From Octopus vulgaris (taxonomy: Eukaryota), in the NCBI GenBank assembly GCA_951406725.2, contig OX597815.1, forward strand, positions 9,486,001 to 9,550,000: a stretch of 64,000 nucleotides of DNA. The letters are read 5' to 3'. Both the position numbers and the translations under genes were made by a program. The notes beneath the pieces were generated by a model, which searched no databases, was not told the origin of the DNA, and was given only the letters and a program-made list of their open reading frames with translations. Shown in pieces: positions 55,659 to 64,000 of the stretch. The number at the start of each line of letters is the position of its first letter. Within the stretch, counting starts at the first letter, position 1.

Positions 55659-55746
55659 GTATGTTTTTGGTCGGGGTACTTGTGAGAAATGTACCCCATA
55701 TTAACATTGCCCAACATATTCTACCCAACTGGTCATCATGTCTCAG
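55659..55746 (+). CDS. SLC9B/NHA-type antiporter, next coding exon
   Basis: Acceptor tctttcttttgcctgtag at 55641-55658; phase-1 join gives G-MFLVGVLVRNVPHINIAQHILPNWSSCLR, matching SLC9B GMLLAGxLxRNxP...WSSxLR; donor AG|gtatat at 55747. Later exons not found in window. Confidence 0.87.
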
Positions 55747-55842
55747 GTATATATACCCAGTTTATTGCAACCTCTATGATTTTTCACCTAATATTGAAAT
55801 ATATTAAAATATATTTACATGTCTTTCTATCTGTGTATATAT

Positions 55843-56230
55843 TTATTTATTGCCGACAGGGGACTAAACATAGAGGGGACAAACAAGGACAAAGGATTTC
55901 AGTCGATTGCTTCGATCCCAGTGCGTAACTGGTACTTATTTAAGCGACCTCGAAGGGATGAAAGGCAAAGTCGACCTCGGCGGAATTTGAACTCAGAACG
56001 TAACGGCAGACGAAATACCTATTTCTTTACTACCCACAAGGGGCTAAACACAGCGGGGACACACAAGGACAGACAAACGGATTAAGTCGATTGTATCGAC
56101 CCCAGTGCGTAACTGGTACTTAATTTATCGACACCGAAAGGATGAAAGGCAAAGTCGACCTCGGCGGAGTTTGAGCTCAGAACGTAGCGACTGGCAAAAT
56201 ACGGCTAAGTACTTCGCCAGGCATGCTAAC
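55843..56230 (-). mobile_element. SINE family B, 2-unit tandem
   Basis: Same junction (gacgaaatacctatttc). Confidence 0.85.
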
Positions 56231-56333
56231 GATTCTGCCAGCTCGCCACCCTACCTATGTATATATTGTGTGTGCATGTATGTGTATGCGGACATATGTT
56301 TTATTATGATATTAAGTCATATTATCATTATAT

Positions 56334-56378
<45 letters not shown>

Positions 56379-56379
<1 letters not shown>

Positions 56380-56610
56380 CAACAAAATCAAGGAACAGCC
56401 ATAATAGGCCATTCACCCACTAGAAATAACAGCCAAAGCTTCAACCTATAATCTAATAGATGAAACGGTGCATCGTATAAGGAACTACAGGGTAAATGTT
56501 TTTTAATTTTCTCCTGGTTTGCGGAATTAATGTTGTTTTGCGGTTGAAGCTTTGGCTGTTATTTCTAGTGGGTGAATGGCCTATTATGGCCGTTCCTTGA
56601 TTTTGCTGTT
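56379..56610. repeat. Inverted repeat, ~69-bp arms
   Basis: 56379-56447 vs 56542-56610. Confidence 0.8.
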
Positions 56611-56829
56611 GAATTTATAAATGGTCTATGACTATTTAATTTTTTCCCACTAGGCCGCTGGTGGCAAAAAAATTCTACGAAATTTTTTGCCACCCTATAT
56701 TGATTAATTATATATATATATATATATACACACACATACATGCATGCATACATAGATACATGCATACATACATACAAACATACATACATACACACATACA
56801 CACATATATATACATATATATATATATCA

Positions 56830-57025
56830 TGATAGATCGTTAGCCACTACACACATTTTTTTCTCTCCTTGTTTCTCTCCTTGTTTCTTTCTGTGTCCCT
56901 TTCTGTAGAAGAGCGTAGGCTCGAAACGTCAAAGACTTTTTCTATTCCTGAGCATTATACTAATACATCTGTTTGTTTTGTACACCACCTGTCTTCGTCT
57001 TTTGCTTTTTTTCGTAAACTCTCCA
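56830..57025 (+). mobile_element. Short (~200 bp) hammerhead-motif repeat beside (TA)n
   Basis: cttt-CTGTAGA-agagc gtag gctc-GAAA-cg-TC-aaag at 56899-56934; homologous copies at 34884-35056 (-) and 62592-62810 (-). Confidence 0.6.
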
Positions 57026-57048
57026 TATATATATGATATATATATATT

Positions 57049-57094
<46 letters not shown>

Positions 57095-57348
57095 TGTATG
57101 TATGTATGTATGTATGTATGTATGTATGTGTATATATATTTATATATATGTATGTATTTATGTATGTACGTATGTATGTATGTATGTACGTTGTTTAATA
57201 TCGGACGAATGGGAGAAAAGTTTTCAATACATGTCGGAGAGGATACATATTTTTTTATTAATACTGAGTTTGTTTCGCGGCACGAGTTTTACACTGTTGT
57301 GATCATCAGGCAAAACTTAGTTCCCCCGGATATCATGTGTGTGTGTGT

Positions 57349-57414
<66 letters not shown>

Positions 57415-57449
57415 ATTGCTGAGCTAGGCTCTTCCGACATCAGGATTGC

Positions 57450-57745
57450 TTCTGCTTGATAGCGAAACTTTAGTCTTTGTTAGTGTCAAGATTTCTCCTA
57501 GTTCTGTAGCTCACTAAAATCACCAAGAGAAAAGGGTCTAGTATGTCTCCCTGAACGATTCCTGCGAACGCTGGAAACACTTTAGTGGGACCGTCTATGC
57601 TTTGCGCAATGTTCGATGATTTTTTTCTTTTATAAATGACGTTGGTGGCTTTGACAGTCTTATTTGGGAGACAATAGTCCCACAGGATGCGTAACATGAA
57701 CCTTTTGTTGACACCATCAAATGCCTTACTGATGATGTCTATAGC
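57450..57745 (-). mobile_element. RTE-like reverse transcriptase fragment
   Basis: AGIVQGDILDPFLLVILV. Confidence 0.65.
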
Positions 57746-57963
57746 AACGGAAACACGTGTCCACGACAGCCTTTTCCTCTCCAGTCTTCTTCCTTAATGG
57801 ATTGTCAAATTTAGAAAATTCTTGATGTTATCTCCATTTCTAATACGGGGTTGGTTTCAATCACCATTTTGGCAATTGTGACATCCTCTAGAGACAGAGA
57901 CATTTTAAATAAATCATGAATTTATGTCGCATGGTATTTAATGTATCCGTACTTGACTGTATT

Positions 57964-58006
<43 letters not shown>

Positions 58007-58207
58007 TATGTATGTATGTATGTATGTAGGAATATATATATACACATACATACTTATATATTATATTATATATATACGTTCACACACGTATGTACATTCA
58101 TAGACACGCGTGCACACACACAATATATATATACATATGTAAGTACATGTATGTATATATATATATATATATATATACATATGTAAGTACATATATGTAT
58201 ATATATA

Positions 58208-58238
<31 letters not shown>

Positions 58239-58276
58239 CACATACATATATATATATATATATGCATATATATATA

Positions 58277-58320
<44 letters not shown>

Positions 58321-58747
58321 TATATTTATGCATATATATATATGCATATATATATATACATGCATATCTACACATTCACGCATACAGGCATACATACATG
58401 CATGCATACATGCATACATACATACATACATACATATACATACACACACACATACATACATACATACATACATACATACATACATACATACACACATACA
58501 TACACACATACATAGACACTAAAAATTATTTTACATAAAATGCCGATGCAATGAAGAGTAAATAGAAATTTTGATTCCATTTCCACTTACTGTGGGATTT
58601 AACAGAATGCAAGAGTTCCAATATTGAATATTGGTTGATATGGACTTGCCGACGTAGTTACAGTGAAATATTCTTGCTACAGCTTCGTGTCTAGTAGTTT
58701 ATGTAAGTGTGCAAGTGTGTGTCCGTGTGTCTTTATTTTGTGTTACG

Positions 58748-59307
58748 CTCTCTTTCTCTCTCTCCTTACCCCTTTCTCTCTCTTCTCCCCCCTTTCTCTC
58801 TCTCTCTTTCTTTCTCTCTCTCTCTTTCTTTCTCTCTCTCTCTCTCCTTTCCCCCTTTCTTTATCTCTCTCTCCGTTCCCCCTTTCTCTCTCTCTCTCTT
58901 TATCTCTCTCTTCATTCCCCTTTCTTTCTCTCTCTCTTTCTTTCTCTCTCTCTCCTTTCCCCCTTTCTCTCTTTCTTCTTTCCCCCTTTCTTTCTCTCTC
59001 TCTTTCTTTCTCTCTCTCTCCTTCCCCCTTTCTTTCTCTCTCTCTCCGTTCCCCCTTTCTCTCTCTCTTTCTCTCTCTTTCTCTCACTCTTCTTTCCCCC
59101 TTTCTTTCTCTCTCTCTTTCTTTTTCTCTCTCTCCTTTCCCCCCTTTCTTTCTCTCTCTCTCCGTTCCCCCTTTCTCTCTCTCTTTCTCTCACTCTTCTT
59201 TCCCCTTTCTTTCTCTCTCTCTTTCTCTCACTCTTCTTTCCCCTTTCTTTCTCTCTCTCTTTCTTTCTCTCTCTCCATTCCCCCTCCCTCCTCTCTCACT
59301 CTTTCTC

Positions 59308-59352
<45 letters not shown>
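58748..59352. repeat. ~600-bp polypyrimidine (CT-rich) tract; similar at 11030-11650, polypurine at 15560-15940
   Basis: Direct inspection. Confidence 0.95.
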
Positions 59353-59353
<1 letters not shown>

Positions 59354-60127
59354 ATCCATTTTTTATTCATTTACGCATGTATTATAAATCCAACCCAGTA
59401 ACTTCTGAACAATACTTTTTTTTTTTAAAGAAACAGGTCACTTGATATCTAAATTTCGAATATCAAAGATTCAAAATTTTCCAATTTTCCTTCTCTCCCT
59501 TATTTGCTTCTTCACTTATTTATACATTTATTTAAATTCCTTATTTATTTATGCTGCTGTTAAATAAGAAAATTGTTTAAGGTTAAGGGATTTGCAGCTG
59601 TTTCTATGTTTACTTAAATGTTTTGCGTTTACGACAATAATTATTTTTTTCTTTTTTGCGCATAAAAATATTTCGCTTTCGCTCGAAGTACATAAATAAA
59701 TATATTATGTTTGCATTTGTAATTAAATTTTCATTCTTAATAGATACAAACAACAGCATTTTCAATTTCCGCAAAATAGAACAGTACAAAACAAATCTTT
59801 TCATTATTCAATACTCATTAGGTTCATTATTATGGAAACTAATATAGCCTGTAATTTGTATCCTCCTCAATGTAATTAATATATCAATATATTTATAAAA
59901 TATTGTAAATGACTCGCTATTGTTTTATAGTTTTAAAGTACACTTTCTGTGATTCCATAAGGAGAAAAATTTTTGTTGAAGATTCTTAAAACCCTAAATG
60001 TTCAAATTTCAAAAGGCAGTTAACATAAAAAAAGTGGATGGGGGTTAATAATAAAAATAACAACAACAACAACAACAATAATAATAATAATAATAACAAC
60101 AACAAAAACAACAACTACAACAACAAC

Positions 60128-60162
<35 letters not shown>

Positions 60163-60214
60163 CAACAACAAAAACAGCAACTACAACAACAATAATTATA
60201 ATAATGATAATAAA

Positions 60215-60272
<58 letters not shown>

Positions 60273-60589
60273 TTAATAATAATAATAAATATGCCAGAAC
60301 GGGGTAAAATGTTCCTCACTAGAATAAGTGCCAACTTCACATACACATACAAACATACGCAAGTACGCATACATGAAAGTACGTACTTATATATGTATGT
60401 ATGTATGTATGCATGCATTAATGTATGTATGTATGTATGTATGCATGCATGCATGAATGTATGTATGCATGTATGTATATGTATGTGTTTTCATGTCTGT
60501 ATGTGCACACACATGCACATCCAACGGGTCCATATGCTGCTTCAGTTTTTTCTGTATGTATCGCATCTTTATTATATACACACACACAT

Positions 60590-60660
<71 letters not shown>

Positions 60661-60666
<6 letters not shown>

Positions 60667-60762
60667 TACATATTTTGTATTTGTATTTGATGTACTTAAT
60701 GTATTCAATATATTTGATGTGTCAAAGTTGTTTTTTCCGCATAACTGCTTATATATACATAC

Positions 60763-60802
<40 letters not shown>

Positions 60803-60817
60803 GTATATATATATAAA

Positions 60818-60859
<42 letters not shown>

Positions 60860-60937
60860 TGTATATATATATATATATAAATGTATATATATATATATAC
60901 ATATACATAATTGCAAATATATATATATATATCAATG

Positions 60938-60982
<45 letters not shown>

Positions 60983-61670
60983 TAATTATGCGGATAAACA
61001 AATTAGACACATCAGATATATTAAATATATTAAGTACATCAAATACAAAATATGTATATATGTATACACACGAAAACAAGAGAAACGAAAAAGGGGAAAC
61101 TTTCAGATGATGAATTTTCTAAGAAAATATAAATATATATATATATATTAATAGATCCAACTTACACAGAGTGCAAAAGACAGAAAATCAGAGGGATAAG
61201 AGAAAGATGTTATAAGTCCGACAGCTGTTTCTGGGATTTCGGCCATCCGTGATAATGTTGGTGAATTTAGTTCCTCATCGTTAAGATCATTTTAAGATCT
61301 GAAATGCAAGATCTTCTCTACCCTGAGGACGGAGGATCGCCTCGTCCAATGTCAATTCCATCCATATGCATATGAAGAACTAAATCTACGGATATTATTA
61401 TGGATCGCCGAGATTCTAGAAACAGCTGTTGTACTAATAACACCTTTCTCTCACCCCTATAATTTTCTCTGTCGTTTGGACTCTGTGTAAGTTGGACCTA
61501 TTAATGCAAATGACTATATATTTATACTTAAAACATTCATCAGCTGAAAGTTTCCACCTTTTACCCTCTCTCGTTTTGCATGTATACATAAATATATATT
61601 TTGTATTTGATGCATTTAATATATTTGATATATTTGAGGTATCTAATTTGTTTATCTGCATAATTGCTTC
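60661..61670. mobile_element. Three diverged copies of one repeat in alternating orientation, with GAAA-CAGCTG-TH motif
   Basis: 60661-60745 (+), ~60978-61272 (inverted), ~61370-61670 (+); both long copies have ATGARGA...GAAAcagctgTY. Confidence 0.55.
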
Positions 61671-61829
61671 TATATTCGTTCAACCTGATCCCTCTTATAA
61701 CCTTTCTTTATCTTCTGGAATGATCCCATGTAAAGACTTCGGAGTCTAAGTTTGAACCTTTTGAGCAGTACTAAGTGTCTTCGATACTGAGAATCTCTGG
61801 ATCTCATCTGTGAACTGTGCGTGCGTGTA

Positions 61830-61952
<123 letters not shown>

Positions 61953-62014
61953 AATAACGAATTAAAAGCAGCGCTAGTACTGCAAACATTATCGACCGCA
62001 TACAATGTACATGC

Positions 62015-62437
62015 TTTGTTTATTCACTGCGCTGTTGCACTTAAAAGACGACCCCCTCAGAATGTTGGATGTTAAAACACTTAAAAGTCATAGACAGGCG
62101 AGACAACTCGCCACCGATCGAATTCAGGAGAGATGGATATCGATATTTCGCCATTTTTGTGGCTAACCAATATCACGTGCTCGAATCAAAACGGGGACGA
62201 GCTATTTGCTCGTATACCACGGTGATGCACACAAAATTGAATGACTTATATATGGTCATAGAGTGGCGATTCGAATCGTCCTAGGTTCGATTCGGGTACG
62301 TGATATTGATAAGGCACAATAATGGCGAAATGTCGATATCCTTCTCTCCTGAATTCGATCGGAAGCGAGTTGTCTCGCCTGTCTATGACTTGCAAGTGTT
62401 TTAACACCCTAAGCGCAATAGCGCAGCGAACAAACAA
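62015..62437. mobile_element. Palindromic MITE-like element
   Basis: Imperfect arms ~62069-62200 / 62276-62406 with outer extension. Confidence 0.7.
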
Positions 62438-62466
62438 ATCACATACATTATGTGCGGTTCATGATA

Positions 62467-62810
<344 letters not shown>

Positions 62811-62813
62811 CAC

Positions 62814-63128
62814 ACACAAACATATGCACACGCACTCGTACTTTTCATCAATACACAGCTTTTTGTTGCTAATAAAGTTCTCAGTATTTTATACGACGAT
62901 TATTAATATTCGCATGAAACCATTGGTATCTTATTAACAGCGCACGCACACACACACACACACACACACACATTCTTTTAATAATAGAGTGCTGTTAATA
63001 AGATACCAACGGTTTCATGCGAATATTAATAATCGCCATATAAAATATTGAGAACTTTATTAGCAACAAAAAGCAACAAAAAGGTGTGTATTGATGAAAA
63101 GTACGAGTGCGTGTGCATGTGTTTGTGT
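62814..63128. repeat. Inverted duplication, ~130-bp arms around (CA)n
   Basis: 62814-62941 vs 62991-63128. Confidence 0.8.
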
Positions 63129-64000
63129 ACATGTGTGTGTGTGTGTGTGTCTGTTTCTGTTGTGTGTGTAGCGAGTGATATCGGAGAGTACGGGAGGGAC
63201 CAATGGAAAAATCTTAAGGCACTTCCATACTCCTCACCTCCACTCGCTAAACACACACATACACGTGCACGCGCGTGCGTGTGTATACATGCACAAACAC
63301 ACACAGGTCGACGCATGCTTCTCCATAATGCACTGTATACCCTATCACAAATTAATAATATTGAAATTACATAGGAACCACCTAGCGAACGCACTCCATA
63401 ACCGTTATGTCACGCTATAAAAACAATAGCCAATTACAGAACTGGAGAGCCCACCCACAACCAAAGGATACAGCAAATGCAAACGCGAAAATAGAACTGT
63501 ATCAATTTGCAAACACACATACCTAGATACGCACCGAAGAGGAAATAAATAGACAGGCCAGGTGAAATATACACACAGTACCCTTATGAGAGTGTGTGTG
63601 CGTGCGTGCGTACGTGTGTGTGTGTATATATGCAATTACTCGCACGCATTATTTAAGCACTCGCAACTTCCTAGCGCGCATGCGTACAAATATTTTAATG
63701 TGTAGCGTCCATATTTCACCTGTCACACGTTCACGCTGCTCTATCGACATCAATATGCATGTGCGTATATACATAGGTGTACATACATACATACATACAT
63801 ACATGCATACATACATACATACATACATACATACATACATACATACATACATACATACATACATGCATACATACATGCATGCATACATACATGCATACAT
63901 ACATACATACATGCATACATGCATGCATACATACATACATACACACACACACACATACATACATACATACATACATGCATACATACATACATACATACAT

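Overview
Repeat-saturated eukaryotic DNA, most likely an octopus genome (inferred from very dense (TA)n/(TACA)n/(ATT)n/(CT)n microsatellites and tRNA-derived SINE families). Almost all ORFs in the track are microsatellite or SINE artefacts. The one recognisable host gene is an SLC9B/NHA-type Na+/H+ antiporter on the + strand: first coding exon 16161-16518, next exon 55659-55746, joined in frame across a ~39-kb intron. The rest is transposon-derived: three SINE families, a decayed mariner, a non-autonomous Helitron, MITE/foldback elements, and fragments of R4/Dong-like, HERO-like, RTE, CR1-like and L1/Tx1-like LINEs, a Gypsy integrase and a Penelope GIY-YIG endonuclease. Two signals stand out. 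First, several unrelated non-coding repeat families carry minimal type I hammerhead-ribozyme folds with palindromic helix III; they occur as tandem and inverted arrays in (TA)n, and the inversion points fall at the ribozyme motif (best case: the ~492-bp array at 2.9-4.9 kb). Second, one SINE occurs as TSD-flanked head-to-tail multimers of a 184-bp unit with the same junction at four loci. All calls are by eye; coordinates of decayed elements are approximate.
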